From a virus, in the IMG/VR virus record IMGVR_UViG_3300032893_000021, positions 1 through 64,000 of that record: a DNA stretch of 64,000 bases; one strand, 5' to 3'. The notes under the pieces were generated by a model. The model had not been told where the DNA came from. It ran no database searches and worked only from the letters and a program-made list of their open reading frames with translations. The translations under genes and the position numbers were made by a program. Below, in pieces: positions 1 through 10,303 of this stretch (within the stretch, counting starts at the first letter, position 1; each line of letters begins with the position of its first letter).

Positions 1-128
1 GTGGAGGATGGCGTGCGGGTGTCAGACTGGAACGAGGCGCCGTGCAGCGAGTACCCGGACGACCCGGAGTGGAAGCCGTGCGAGTGCTGCCGGACCATCA
101 CGGCCCACCATTTCCGGGCGGTCGAGCC

Positions 129-695
129 ATGACGCACCCGACGCCGTGGTCCCTCGGCGAGGACGCCGCGGGGAGCCGCTGGATCACCGCCGCGGACGGC
201 TTCCGCGTGGCGTCGGTGTCCGCCATGGCCGATGGCGACGCGGAGCTCATCGTCGCGTCCGTGAACGCAGTCCCGGCGGCGCAGGCCAAGGACGGCATGA
301 CTCGACGCGATCCCGCCGAGAAGCGGGCACTGCTCGCGCTCTACCGCAACCATCCATCGACCCCGGCCGACACCCGCTACACACGGAGGGCGTATCGGGC
401 CGCGACGGAGCAGCGCGAGATGCTGCTCGCGTGGGCCGCGACCCAGCCTGACTACCGGCTGCTGTACTGCCGCAATCTCGGCCCCAAGGCGCTGGCGTGG
501 ATCAGGGCGAATCAGCCCGCCCAGCCCGCCCCTGCCGCGCCGGTGGACCTTCGGATCGAGTGCGACCGGCTAGCCGATGCGCTCTGGGCTGTGTTCATCG
601 AGCGCGGCGATCCAGAGGCGGCGTCGGTCGCATCGATCCTCCGGCACTACGCAACGACGCTGATCCTCAGGGACGAGGAGACTGACCATGACTGA
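129..695 (+). CDS. Hypothetical phage protein
   Basis: ATG at 129 in the 42..695 frame (MTHPTPWSLG...); coding-like codon pattern. Confidence 0.6.
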   Translation: MTHPTPWSLGEDAAGSRWITAADGFRVASVSAMADGDAELIVASVNAVPAAQAKDGMTRRDPAEKRALLALYRNHPSTPADTRYTRRAYRAATEQREMLLAWAATQPDYRLLYCRNLGPKALAWIRANQPAQPAPAAPVDLRIECDRLADALWAVFIERGDPEAASVASILRHYATTLILRDEETDHD

Positions 696-769
696 CGACA
701 GGCTGCGCGAGGCGGCGCAGGCCGAGAGTTGGCCGACGCCATCGCCGACGCATACGAGGAGGACAAGCC

Positions 770-1963
770 GTGACCACCCACCGCCACCTCGACTCCGCCA
801 AGAAGTGGACGTCCCCCGTCACCGACCCGGACCTCTCGCCCTACGCGCTCCAGTCGGCGCTCGCGTCCGAGGCGTCCGCCCGCGCCGCCGCCGACGCCGC
901 GCTCGACGCCCGCGTCACCGCGCTGGAGGCGGCCGTTAAGGCGCTCCAGACTCAACCCGACAACCCCGCCCCCGCGCCCCCCGTCGGCTCGGCGTTCGCC
1001 GACTCGCTCGCCAACACCGAGGTCGGCGGCCCGTCCCGGAACGCCGTCTCACAGCGGTTCCGCGCCACCGGCCCGCAGGTCGTGTCGATCCGGGGCTACA
1101 ACATCGGCGCGACGCACCCCGGCTACGGCGCCGGGACCGGCGGCACGTGGTCGATCACCGTCGAGGAGGACGACGGCACGGGCCTCCCGTCCGGTCGCGT
1201 CATGGGCGGCGCGACGGAGGTCAACCCGCCCGACGACTTCCCGCTCGTGCCGCTGTCCGCGACGGTCACGCCCGGGAGGCTCTACCACCTCGTCTACCGC
1301 AACACCGACCCCGACCCCGCGGCCAACTACAGCAGCGTCGACGACCTGTTCCTCCGCACGCCCACCAGCCCTCGCCAGCCGACCCTCCCCGACTCCGACT
1401 GGGCCACGCTGCTCAAGTCCGGCCCCGGGCCGTGGGCGGAGCGCCCGGGCTTCTCGCCCATCATCGAGGTCGCCTACGCCGACGGCACGCGGCAGGGCCT
1501 CGGCTACATGGAGGTGTGGGTCCGCTCGCCGCAGCAGGTGTCCGGCCAGCTCATGGCGCGCGAGCTGTTCCCGTCGCCGGTCTTGGCGCGCGGCGTCACG
1601 CTCCGCGTCATGCGCGTCTCGGGCACGTCGCCGCTCCTCGTCAACTTCGGCGGCCTCAGCGCGTCGATCCCCGCCTCGTCCGTGGCCGTCCAGCCGGAGT
1701 ACGGCAAGGACGGGTGCAGCGCGAGCCTCGTCACCGCGATGTTCATCGGGCACGCCACCGGGAACGAACTTCGCCTGTCCTGCCCCGCCGACACCGTCTA
1801 CGCCGTGTTCGCGGTGCGCAAGGGGACGCACTACGGCCTCTCGTGCGTCGCGCCGGGGAAGGGGCAGGTGAGCGCCGACGGCGGCCTGACGTGGGGCCCG
1901 TTCACGCAGGACGGGGCCGGGCCGCTCGACGAGGGCGACCTCCAGTTTGGGCTCGTGTCGTGA
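770..1963 (+). CDS. Hypothetical protein with N-terminal coiled coil and beta-rich body, possibly virion-associated
   Basis: GAGGAGG upstream of GTG 770; heptad segment ARAAADAALDARVTALEAAVKAL, then a Pro linker and a G/S/T/aromatic-rich domain. Confidence 0.6.
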   Translation: MTTHRHLDSAKKWTSPVTDPDLSPYALQSALASEASARAAADAALDARVTALEAAVKALQTQPDNPAPAPPVGSAFADSLANTEVGGPSRNAVSQRFRATGPQVVSIRGYNIGATHPGYGAGTGGTWSITVEEDDGTGLPSGRVMGGATEVNPPDDFPLVPLSATVTPGRLYHLVYRNTDPDPAANYSSVDDLFLRTPTSPRQPTLPDSDWATLLKSGPGPWAERPGFSPIIEVAYADGTRQGLGYMEVWVRSPQQVSGQLMARELFPSPVLARGVTLRVMRVSGTSPLLVNFGGLSASIPASSVAVQPEYGKDGCSASLVTAMFIGHATGNELRLSCPADTVYAVFAVRKGTHYGLSCVAPGKGQVSADGGLTWGPFTQDGAGPLDEGDLQFGLVS

Positions 1964-2204
1964 GGCGATCGACGATATTTCCAGACCCATGTCGACGCGT
2001 ACATCAAGGCGAAGTTGCAGAGAGGGAACGATGAGAGTCATCCAGAACGACCTTGAGGTCCGGCCGCGCCGCACCCGGCTGGCGAGGCGGCTCCGCGTCA
2101 GGTGGCTCGGGGCCAGGCGCGGCGCCCTCTCGCTCCGCGAGCGGGCCGCGCTCCGGCTGGCCCCGTGGCTCGCCGAGGGCGACTGAGCAGAATGGGGTCG
2201 ATTA

Positions 2205-4160
2205 CTGGCGCTGCGCGTTAGGGGCCGCTGGCCGGAGCTCTCGGTCGAGGCGGTCGACCTCCTCGCGGACGCCGTCCGCGCCGAGAGGTTCGCCTCGATG
2301 CGCGCCCGCGAGGCGCGGCGGACCATGTCGACGCGCTCGTTCTCGGACGGCTACAGGCGGTTCCGGGGACGGGTCGCCACCCCGTGGTTCCACGACGTCT
2401 GGTACGCGGCGCTGGACGCGCCCGAGCTCGACCGGATCCTGATCCAGGGGCCACGGGAGCACGCGAAGACGTCGGTCGTCCTGACGTACGCCCTCCGCCG
2501 CCTCGCGGAGGACCACCGGCTCCGGGTCGGGATCATCTCCGGCTCGGACGACCTGGCGATGAAGTTCCTCAAGGAGCTCCGCTACGAGTTCGAGGGGAAC
2601 GAGGCGCTCCGCCGGGACTTCAACGGCGGGGCCGACTGGCGCGGCGACCAGTGGACCGACCACGAGTTCGTCCTCTCGGACGCGCGGACCGGCACGGACG
2701 GCATCAGCGGCAAGGACGTGTCCGTGTTCTCGGTCGGCCAGGGCGCCCAGATCAGCTCGCGCCACTGCGACCTCCTCATCGTGGACGACGTCGAGAGCGC
2801 CAAGTCGGTCAAGAGTGAGCTCGTCCGCCAGGCGACCCGGGAGTGGTGGGCCCGCGAGGTCGCGCCCGTCCTCTCGGCTGGAGGCAAGCTGGTCGTCCTC
2901 GGCACGCGGAAGCACTTCGACGACCTCTACGCCCATCTCATCGAGGGCGACCCGGACCTGTCCGAGGACGAGGCGCAGACGTGGCACATCGTGGACGTCG
3001 CGAAGTCGGTCTGGCGCCCGGGCCTGCCCGAGTGGGCGGAGGGCTCGCAGATCTGGCCCGAGATGTGGAGCGTCCCGGCCCTCCGGAAGCGCAAGCGCGA
3101 GCTGGACCGGGCGGACCTCCTGGCCTGGCCGCAGGAGTACCTGAACGAGCCGCGGCCGTCCGGGGTCCAGATGTTCTTCCCGGAGCGCTGGCCGACGTTC
3201 CGGCGGGCCCCGTGGGGCCTGACGTTCTACCAGGGCTGGGACCTCGCCATCAGCACGAGGGAGCAGGCGGACTACACATGCGGCTGGACGGTCGGCGTCT
3301 CGGCCTCGAACGAGGTCTACCTCCTGGAGCAGCGCCGCGGCCACTGGGACTTCAACAGGACGCTCGCCGAGATCGGGGACATGGGGCGCCGCTGGTCGGA
3401 GGAGCCGTCCGGGACGCTGGCCGCGGTCGGCATCGAGTCGGTCGCGTACCAGGCGGCCGCCGTGCAGGAGGCCCTGCGGCGCACGATGCTGCCGATCGTC
3501 CCGGTCAAGGCGGACAAGGAGAAGACGGTCCGCGCCCGCCTGCTCGAGGCGCGCGCCGGGCAGTTGATGGTGTTCCGGCCGGACCCGCCGCCCCCGTGGT
3601 GGGACGAGTTCGCGGCCGAGGCATCGTTCTTCCCGGACGGGGCCCACGACGACCAGGTTGACGGGCTGGCCCATGCCGTCCGCCTCGCCGGGTGGTCGTC
3701 CGAGTCGATCGCCTACGCGATGGGCGTCTGGACCTGCTCCAAGTGCGGGCACATGTTCATCTGGGTTGCCGGGCGGCCGTGCCCGTCGTGCGGCGAGCGC
3801 GCCCCGGCCGAGTTCGGCGACCCCGAGCTCGAGCGGCGCGGCGCGCTGGGGGCCGGGATCGAGTTCTGGCGCGGCGGCGGCGACGCAGGGCCGGGCATCG
3901 CGCAGCTCTCGCCACGGGACAGGGACGCCGCCGACATGGTCGAGGCCGGGGAGCCGCCCGCCTACGACCCGGCCACGTGGGCGGAGGTCCGCGCCTCGCT
4001 CCGGAGGGTCGCGGAGTGGTACGCGGACGGCGGCCAGGACGTCAAGTCGCAGATCGCGCTCGAGATGGCGGGCGCGCTGGAGGCCAGGTCGAGGGAGCCC
4101 GAGCGCCCGGCCGAGATCGCGTGGACGGTCTACGGCGGCGGCGGGAACGGTGCCCACTGA
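2205..4160 (+). CDS. terL: Terminase large subunit with C-terminal Zn-ribbon extension (start CTG 2205 or ATG 2298)
   Basis: Walker A-like QGPREHAKTS, Walker B LLIVDDVE, coupling motif VVLGTR, RNase H-like nuclease motifs GWDLAIS..DYT, GIESVAYQ and HDDQVD. Confidence 0.93.
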   Translation: MALRVRGRWPELSVEAVDLLADAVRAERFASMRAREARRTMSTRSFSDGYRRFRGRVATPWFHDVWYAALDAPELDRILIQGPREHAKTSVVLTYALRRLAEDHRLRVGIISGSDDLAMKFLKELRYEFEGNEALRRDFNGGADWRGDQWTDHEFVLSDARTGTDGISGKDVSVFSVGQGAQISSRHCDLLIVDDVESAKSVKSELVRQATREWWAREVAPVLSAGGKLVVLGTRKHFDDLYAHLIEGDPDLSEDEAQTWHIVDVAKSVWRPGLPEWAEGSQIWPEMWSVPALRKRKRELDRADLLAWPQEYLNEPRPSGVQMFFPERWPTFRRAPWGLTFYQGWDLAISTREQADYTCGWTVGVSASNEVYLLEQRRGHWDFNRTLAEIGDMGRRWSEEPSGTLAAVGIESVAYQAAAVQEALRRTMLPIVPVKADKEKTVRARLLEARAGQLMVFRPDPPPPWWDEFAAEASFFPDGAHDDQVDGLAHAVRLAGWSSESIAYAMGVWTCSKCGHMFIWVAGRPCPSCGERAPAEFGDPELERRGALGAGIEFWRGGGDAGPGIAQLSPRDRDAADMVEAGEPPAYDPATWAEVRASLRRVAEWYADGGQDVKSQIALEMAGALEARSREPERPAEIAWTVYGGGGNGAH

Positions 4161-4253
4161 CCCCCCCAACCCCCCCAAACCCCCCTTTACTAGTACGGTA
4201 CGATGGTGTCGTGGGGACCGCGCGGGCGGCCCCGGGCGCCGGGAGGGACCGAG

Positions 4254-5595
4254 ATGGGTCACGAGTTCGAGTACGGAGAGGGGACCGAGTGCCGCCGCTG
4301 CGGCCAGCCGCGCGGCTGGCACCGCCCGGCCCAGGACAGGACCGGCGAGGCGCGCGCCAGCGCCGACCGGGGCCGCTGCGACGCCGTCCGGCGCCTCTAC
4401 GCCCGGCGCGCACCGGCGCCGCGCGCGCTGGCGGCCGCGCGGTAGGATGCGCGGGGCGCCCTGCCCCGACGCCCGAGGAGGATCCAAGGGGTGAGCGACG
4501 AGGCCGAGCCCGGGGCCGAGCCCGAGACCGTCATCGCGACGGCGCGCGTGATCCTGGACAACAACAAGGCCAGGCCGGTGGTGCTGAGCGTGCCGCGCGA
4601 CATCACCGTCGAGGAGGCGCTGTCCGTCGCTGGCTGGGTCACCGGAGCGCTGACGGCGCTGATCGCCGGAGAGCGCGCGAAGGCCGAGGCAGAGCAGGCG
4701 AGGCTGACCGGGACCATCTCCGCCGAGGAGGCCCGCCGCAGGATCATCATCCAGTGAGGACACGGCCGTGCCGCGCCTGCGGCGGGGTCCACTGCCATCA
4801 CGGCTACGAGGGGCGGGACGACAAGTGCGCGTGGTGCGGCGGGGTCCTGGGCGAGCCGCCCCCCGCGGCCGCCGAGAGGGAGCCGCTGATGCCGCTCCTC
4901 GACGCCTGGGCCGAGCGGGACCGGAGGTACTCGCGGCGCCGCGAGCCGCCGACCCCGGCCGAGGTCTCCGCGGCCCGGGTCTACCGGGCGCGCGAGGTGG
5001 AGGCCCTGGCACCGGCCGACAGGCCGCTGGCCCGGGCCGCCCTGTCTCGCCTGTCCTTCGGCTTCGCGGACCAGCGCTGGTGAGCGCCGCCGGTCCGTCG
5101 CTGTTCCAGGCCCTCGTGTTCGTCATGACCGTGGAGGGGCCGGAGGCCTCGTCGGGGCCGCTCACGGGGCTCGCGGTCGGGCTCGAGATGGCGTCCCGCC
5201 ACCCGGAGGAGGCGACGGCCGCGCTGGAGGCGCTCAGGGCGATGTACGTGGCGAACGCGCGGGCCGCCGGGACGCGCCCGGGGCCGCCCGCCGTGGCGGA
5301 CCGGCTCGCGGAGATGATCAGGGAATGGAGGCTGGTATGATCTCGGACGCCGACCTCTTGCGCATCATCAACCGCTGGTAGGAGGGCCCTAGTGCCTAGG
5401 CGCCGCAAGACTGTCAGGACGGAGCAGGTCGACAACGGCTGGGCGGTCGCGACGATCGCGTACGAGCGCGAGCCGGGGACAGGCCGCGTCACGGCCCGCG
5501 TCGTGGGCTACAAGCCGAAGAGGTGGCACCCCCGCTACTGGCGCGCCGTCGCGATCGCCGTAGCCACGATGGCGCGCCGGAGGCTCCGCCGGTGA
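4254..5595 (+). other. Run of small hypothetical ORFs (4254-4445, 4491-4757, 5080-5340, 5392-5595)
   Basis: Short ORFs with SD-like GGAG motifs or overlapping start/stop codons; no recognised family. Confidence 0.5.
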
Positions 5596-5990
5596 CGGCG
5601 CCGTCCTGGCTCTGGGTCCTGCTCGGCCTTGCGCTCGTCGGCCTCGCCGGGGCCCTCTGGGCCAAGACGTCGGCCGACGACGCCGAGGCCAGGGCGGAGG
5701 GCGCCCGGGCCCCGCTGCCGCCCGACCTGCCCCGCGAGCCCGCGGACCTCGCGCGCGTCGGGACGTGGCGCTCGGTCCAGACGCCGCTCGGGCCGCGGCT
5801 CGCCCACGTCGAGCTGTCGGGCGACGGCACGTGGGGCGCCAAGGTCTACCCGGGAGGCGCCTCCCGCAAGCTCTACTCCGGGTCCTCCGGGGCGGCGACC
5901 GCCGACGAGGCCGTCGCGCTCGCGGTCGCCGGGCTGGCGGCGCTCTTGTCGGACCCTCCCGCGATCCCCGGCGAACTCCCCAAAGAATAG
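5592..5990 (+). CDS. Membrane-anchored hypothetical protein
   Basis: GTGA overlap with upstream ORF; N-terminal hydrophobic helix WLWVLLGLALVGLAGALWA. Confidence 0.6.
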   Translation: MTAPSWLWVLLGLALVGLAGALWAKTSADDAEARAEGARAPLPPDLPREPADLARVGTWRSVQTPLGPRLAHVELSGDGTWGAKVYPGGASRKLYSGSSGAATADEAVALAVAGLAALLSDPPAIPGELPKE

Positions 5991-5993
5991 GGG

Positions 5994-6022
5994 TTTACGC
6001 CCAGTCCCCGGAGTGCTATGAT
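5994..6022 (+). promoter_or_regulatory. Sigma70-type promoter TTTACG-N17-TATGAT, probably leaderless into ATG 6030
   Basis: Exact 17-nt spacer; same design as the promoters at 17595, 18639-18701 and 29976-30037. Confidence 0.7.
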
Positions 6023-6029
6023 CCCGGGG

Positions 6030-6323
6030 ATGAAGAGCGTGACGGCGACCGAGTTCGACAAGACGTGGCGACGCCTGACCGGCGCGGCCGAGGTCACCGC
6101 GTACGGCAGGGTCATCGGCGTCTGGACGCCCAGCTGGTCCCCGGCGTCTGCCTCGGGTGGCGAGGTCCCGGCCCCGCCGCCCGCATCCGGTCCCGGGCGC
6201 CAGCCTGGACCGGATGCGGGCGCGCCGGGAGACCCACCCCTCTCGGCGCGCCCGCCGTCGCCCGTCCCGAAGCCGACGTCGACCAGGCCCCGGAAGTCGA
6301 GGGGAATGGAGCTCCGGCCGTGA
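6030..6323 (+). CDS. Phd/YefM-like antitoxin or DNA-binding protein with Pro-rich tail
   Basis: N-terminus MKSVTATEF...AEVTAYGRVIGVWTP resembles the Phd/YefM beta-alpha-beta start. Confidence 0.45.
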   Translation: MKSVTATEFDKTWRRLTGAAEVTAYGRVIGVWTPSWSPASASGGEVPAPPPASGPGRQPGPDAGAPGDPPLSARPPSPVPKPTSTRPRKSRGMELRP

Positions 6324-7070
6324 CGCTCCACGGCTGCCAGCACGGGCTGATCGCGGAGCGCTGCCCGTTCGAGGTCACGCCCTCGAACGTCGACGAGGCG
6401 CTGGCGGCCCTCACCAGGGGGCGCCGGATCGCCGCCCGCGACAGGGTCTACGCCTCGCCCGAGGCCGTCGCGGTCGCCCCCGGCGGGTACGGCCTCGCGC
6501 TGAGGCCGGACCGCCGCCTCCGGGGGCTCGAGTGCAGATTCGAGAGGCGGACGGCGTGAAGCGGACGAAGCGCGGCCGCCGGGCGGCGCCCGGGCTCGTC
6601 GACTGGTCAGCCTTCCCGATCAGCCCGGCACCCCCGCTCCGGCGCCGGTCCCCGCGGCTCGACCCGACCGCCAGGTTCTACCGCGACGCGATGTGGCGCG
6701 AGGGCGAGCTCCACTCGCTCGCCCGCCGGTCACGGGACGCCGGACTGGGCAGCCTGGTCGTGATGCCAGCGGGGGCCGTCCTGTACGCCTGCGGCACGTT
6801 GCCGAAGTCGTGTGAGGGCCGGAGATGATGATCCGCGACGGCCGCAGGCCGATCGGCGGGTACCGCCCCGGCGCCGACACGCCAGCGGCGGGGGCGCCAG
6901 GGCGGCCGGGCAAGGAGGAGGACCCGGCCCGGGCCGCCCGGCGCCGCGAGCTCCACGCCGCGTGCCAGCGCCGCCACTACGCCCGCAACCGCGAGTACTA
7001 CGCCCAGTGGCAGCGCGACCACGCAGCCGAGGCCAACGCGAGGCGCCGGGCGCGGAGGGCGGCCGGGTGA
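6320..7070 (+). other. Three small overlapping hypothetical ORFs (6320-6559, 6556-6828, 6825-7070)
   Basis: Chained GTGA/ATGA overlaps. Confidence 0.5.
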
Positions 7071-7420
7071 CCATCCAGCCGTACATGGGGCGGCAGGCCC
7101 GCCGCCTGACCGTCGCCCTGATCGCGGACGCCGCGACGTTCGCCGCGTTCGCGTGGCTCGTCGGCATGAACGGCGCCCACGTCGAGCGCAATCCCCTCGT
7201 GGGGGCCGTCTACGCGGGCGGCGGCGTCATGGGCGTCGTGGCCCTCAAGCTCGCCGCAGCGTGGCTCCTGGAGTGGCGCGCGCGGTCCTCGCGGGCCGAG
7301 GTGGGCCGGTGGTACGCGGGCGGCTTCGCGCTGCTCTCCTCGCTCGCCATCGCGGGCACCGTGGTGGGCGCGGGCTTCAACGTCGCGTCGCTGCTCGACT
7401 CGATCCGGGGAGCCGTCTGA
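7067..7420 (+). CDS. Small multi-pass membrane protein (ExNP motif)
   Basis: Three hydrophobic segments and an ERNPLV loop. Confidence 0.6.
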   Translation: MTIQPYMGRQARRLTVALIADAATFAAFAWLVGMNGAHVERNPLVGAVYAGGGVMGVVALKLAAAWLLEWRARSSRAEVGRWYAGGFALLSSLAIAGTVVGAGFNVASLLDSIRGAV

Positions 7421-7779
7421 TGCGCTTCCGGGGCACCCTCGTCCGGCCGCTCGCGGACCAGGCCGACCTCGACGGCAACTTCATCGATCCCGCGGGGGTC
7501 GAGTTCACCAATCCAGTCACGGTGTTCGTCGAGTTCGACTACCGCAACCCGGTCGGCCGGGCGGTGGTGTCGCGGGCGCCGGACGGCTCGCTCGTGGCCG
7601 AGGGGGAGCTGGGGATCGACAAGCCTGCGGGCCTGCGCATCGCGGCCGGGGTCGCCAGCCTCGGAGACTTGAAGCGCACGCAGGGCGGCCGCGTCATCTC
7701 GGCCTGCCGCCTCAACGCCATCGGCCTGACGCCGAACCACAGCGATCCGGGCCAGCCGGAGATCGAGGAGGTCCCATGA
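7420..7779 (+). CDS. Degenerate HK97-type prohead-protease-like protein
   Basis: Pattern DLDGNFIDPAGV..PVTVFVEFDYRNPVG..DGSLVAEG..GRVISACRLNAIGL follows the prohead protease fold, but the catalytic His and Ser are not evident. Confidence 0.45.
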   Translation: MRFRGTLVRPLADQADLDGNFIDPAGVEFTNPVTVFVEFDYRNPVGRAVVSRAPDGSLVAEGELGIDKPAGLRIAAGVASLGDLKRTQGGRVISACRLNAIGLTPNHSDPGQPEIEEVP

Positions 7780-8920
7780 CCCAGCCGAGGGCCACGTCGA
7801 CCCAGGGCCTCCACATCCACGCGTGGCAGCCGGTCGGGCTCGTCGAGATCAGGATCCCGTCCGGGATCGGCTGGGAGCCGGGCCACGACGTCGTGTTCGC
7901 CTGCGCCTGCACGGCCGTCAAGAGCGTCCCGGTCCTGCACCGGTCTGACGTGGCGGCCGCGGCCGCCGCCACGGCGCGCCTGGACGACGAGGACGGCGCG
8001 TGATCGAGCAGGCCCCCAGGCCCCTGATCGTGTCCGAGTCCGTCGTCTCCCTGGTCGAGGAGCAGGAGGGCACCCTGCTCTCGCTCCTCGCGCCCGGCTG
8101 GCCGGTGGCGGAGAGGTGGGCCGAGACGGTCAGGCGCTGCCGGATGGCGTCGATCTCGCTCCGCGACGCCGCGTGGACGGTCCTCGCCGAGGTAGCCGAC
8201 GGCCACCCGACGTGCTGGGTCTGACGTGAGGGGCTACCGCGCGGTCCTCGTCCCGTCCCTCGACGAGCAGCGGGCGATCGGCCTGGGGCACTTGATCGAT
8301 CCCGAGGACGCCGCCCGCTTCGTGCGGTCGCTGATCGGCGTCCCGTCCTCGGACGCCGGGCCCCTCCGGGTCCTCGAGCGCGTCTGGGTCGAGGACGGCC
8401 GCCTGCTCGGCGAGTGGCGGCTCCTCCACGACGCCCCGTCGGTCGTGCTGGCGTGAAGCCCGCGACCCTCTACGACCACGTCCACGGCGTCGCCCACCTG
8501 ATCGAGCGGTGGACCGAGCGGGACGAGGCGGACCCGCTGCGGGCGCGCCGCGCGGTCCTCGCCTGCGGGTCCGCCGACCCGTTCACGGGTCCCAGGAACT
8601 GGTGCGTCACGGGAGCCGCGAGCCTCGGCTACTGCAGATTCCGCGACCACCGGGCGATGCCCAGGTGCGGCCCGTGCGCCGAGGCCCTACCGGAAGCGCC
8701 CGCGGGCGGCTAGGATGGGGCGGTGAACAGCCAAGCGCCCGATCAATCGGACACCTACGGCGTCGCCGCCGCGCGGGCCTGGGCCGCCGCGGTCCATTCC
8801 TTCTGGAAGCAGCTCCGCGCGTCCGGCATGCCGCCCAGGGAGGCGCTCGCCTGCACCGTCGCGATGATCCGGGCGGCCAGCCCGTCGCGCGTCGACTCCA
8901 ACGAGGAGGACTCGAAGTGA
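7776..8920 (+). other. Run of small hypothetical ORFs (7776-8003, 8000-8224, 8226-8456, 8453-8713, 8723-8920)
   Basis: Overlapping start/stop chain; several Cys pairs. Confidence 0.5.
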
Positions 8921-9216
8921 ACCTGACTCCAGACCAGTGGCAGGCGGCGGTCGCCGTCCTCGTCCCGCTCGTCGTGGGCCTCCTGAAGCAGGCCCGGCTG
9001 CCGGACGTCTACAACGCCCTGATCGCGATCGCGGTCTACGTCGTCGCCGGGCTCGTCGCCGTCCCCGTCTCGGGGCAGGCCCTCACGATCGACAACATCG
9101 TCCCCGCCATCGCCACGTTCACGGCCGTCGGGACCATCGCGTACCAGCTGTTCTGGAAGTCGTTCGAGTCGACCGCGGCGGCGGCTAGGCTGCGCCTCGG
9201 CCACGGACCGGCCTGA
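8917..9216 (+). CDS. Putative holin
   Basis: GAGGAGG SD, GTG 8917; about 99 aa with three hydrophobic segments and a basic C-terminus; lies upstream of two peptidases. Confidence 0.6.
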   Translation: MNLTPDQWQAAVAVLVPLVVGLLKQARLPDVYNALIAIAVYVVAGLVAVPVSGQALTIDNIVPAIATFTAVGTIAYQLFWKSFESTAAAARLRLGHGPA

Positions 9217-9507
9217 CCCGTGGCCCGCAAGAGGGGCGGGCGCGGACTCGCCCGGCGCGTCCGAGGGCTGGAGCGCGAGCTCCGGCGGCGCGACCACGAG
9301 CTGGCCCGCTACCGCGCAGACGTGATGGCGGGCGTCCTCCTGCTGCTCCAGGAGCACGCGCCGCTCGACTCGGGAGACGCAGGGGTTCACGCGTACTACG
9401 ATCCCCTGCTGGGTCGACACCAGGGATGGCCGGGGCCGCACTACTGGCTGCCGGGGCCGCCCCGGCCCGAGAACACGTCCGGGGGGACTGGGGGCGGCGG
9501 GTGACGA

Positions 9508-9813
9508 ATGGACTTCGAGGCCGTCGGCAAGCTGATCTCCGATGTCGGCGTCCCGCTCGGGATCCTGATCGTCTTCGCGTGGATGCTCGCCACCGGGCGG
9601 CTCCGCACCCAGCAGGAGACGGAGCGGCTCACGGAGTCGCTCGAGTACGCCGAGCGGCTCCGGGCCGAGGAGCACGAGGCGAGGCTCAGGGCCGAGGAGC
9701 GGACCGACGAGGCCATCAAGGTGATGGAGGAGCACACCGAGCTGCTGCGGGAGATCGAGCGTGACATACTACGCCAGGGCGGGAGCCGCCGTGCCCAGCG
9801 TGACGGAGGGTGA
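9508..9813 (+). CDS. Membrane protein with coiled coil (lysis-cassette type)
   Basis: N-terminal TM GVPLGILIVFAWMLA followed by an E/R-rich helix. Confidence 0.55.
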   Translation: MDFEAVGKLISDVGVPLGILIVFAWMLATGRLRTQQETERLTESLEYAERLRAEEHEARLRAEERTDEAIKVMEEHTELLREIERDILRQGGSRRAQRDGG

Positions 9814-9982
9814 GCCGGTCGGGGGGCGCGACTCCAGGCGCGCAGAGGAGCGCGCCGCGTCCGAGGCGCTCATGCGCCGGGCTGACAGGTCGATCAAGCG
9901 GGCCCGCGCCGTCGAGGCCAACGTGCGGCGGATGCTCGCCGTGTACCTCGAGCGCGAGGCGAACGGAGGCGGCGGAGGGTAG

Positions 9983-10303
9983 TTGGATGCGGCAACCCAA
10001 TCGCTCCTCGCCACATCGCTGGTGTCGGTATACGCCGCCCTGCTTGCGGTCGGGGCCGTGTCCACGGCCGTCCGCGTGGCGCAGTTCCGCCGCACCGGCC
10101 GCCGCCCTCCGCGCCTCCTCAAGAGGGATCTCGCGCTCCTGTCCGGGCACTCGGTCGCGCTCGCGGCGGTCCTGGTCCCTCGCGCCCTCGGCATCCTCGA
10201 CGCTGTCGACGGCAGCGCGGTCTGGTGGGTACTCGTGGGGGGCGGCCCGATCGTCGCGATCACCGTCTACGTGTACTACGAGCTCTTCGTGATCGGGCAC
10301 TGA
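9983..10303 (+). CDS. Small three-TM membrane protein
   Basis: GGAGG then TTG; three hydrophobic segments. Confidence 0.55.
   Translation: MDAATQSLLATSLVSVYAALLAVGAVSTAVRVAQFRRTGRRPPRLLKRDLALLSGHSVALAAVLVPRALGILDAVDGSAVWWVLVGGGPIVAITVYVYYELFVIGH

Noticed and set aside
688-773. Tiny ORF MTDDRLREAAQAE with an apparent frame break before ORF770
   Set aside because: Possibly a deletion remnant, but too short to support a call.
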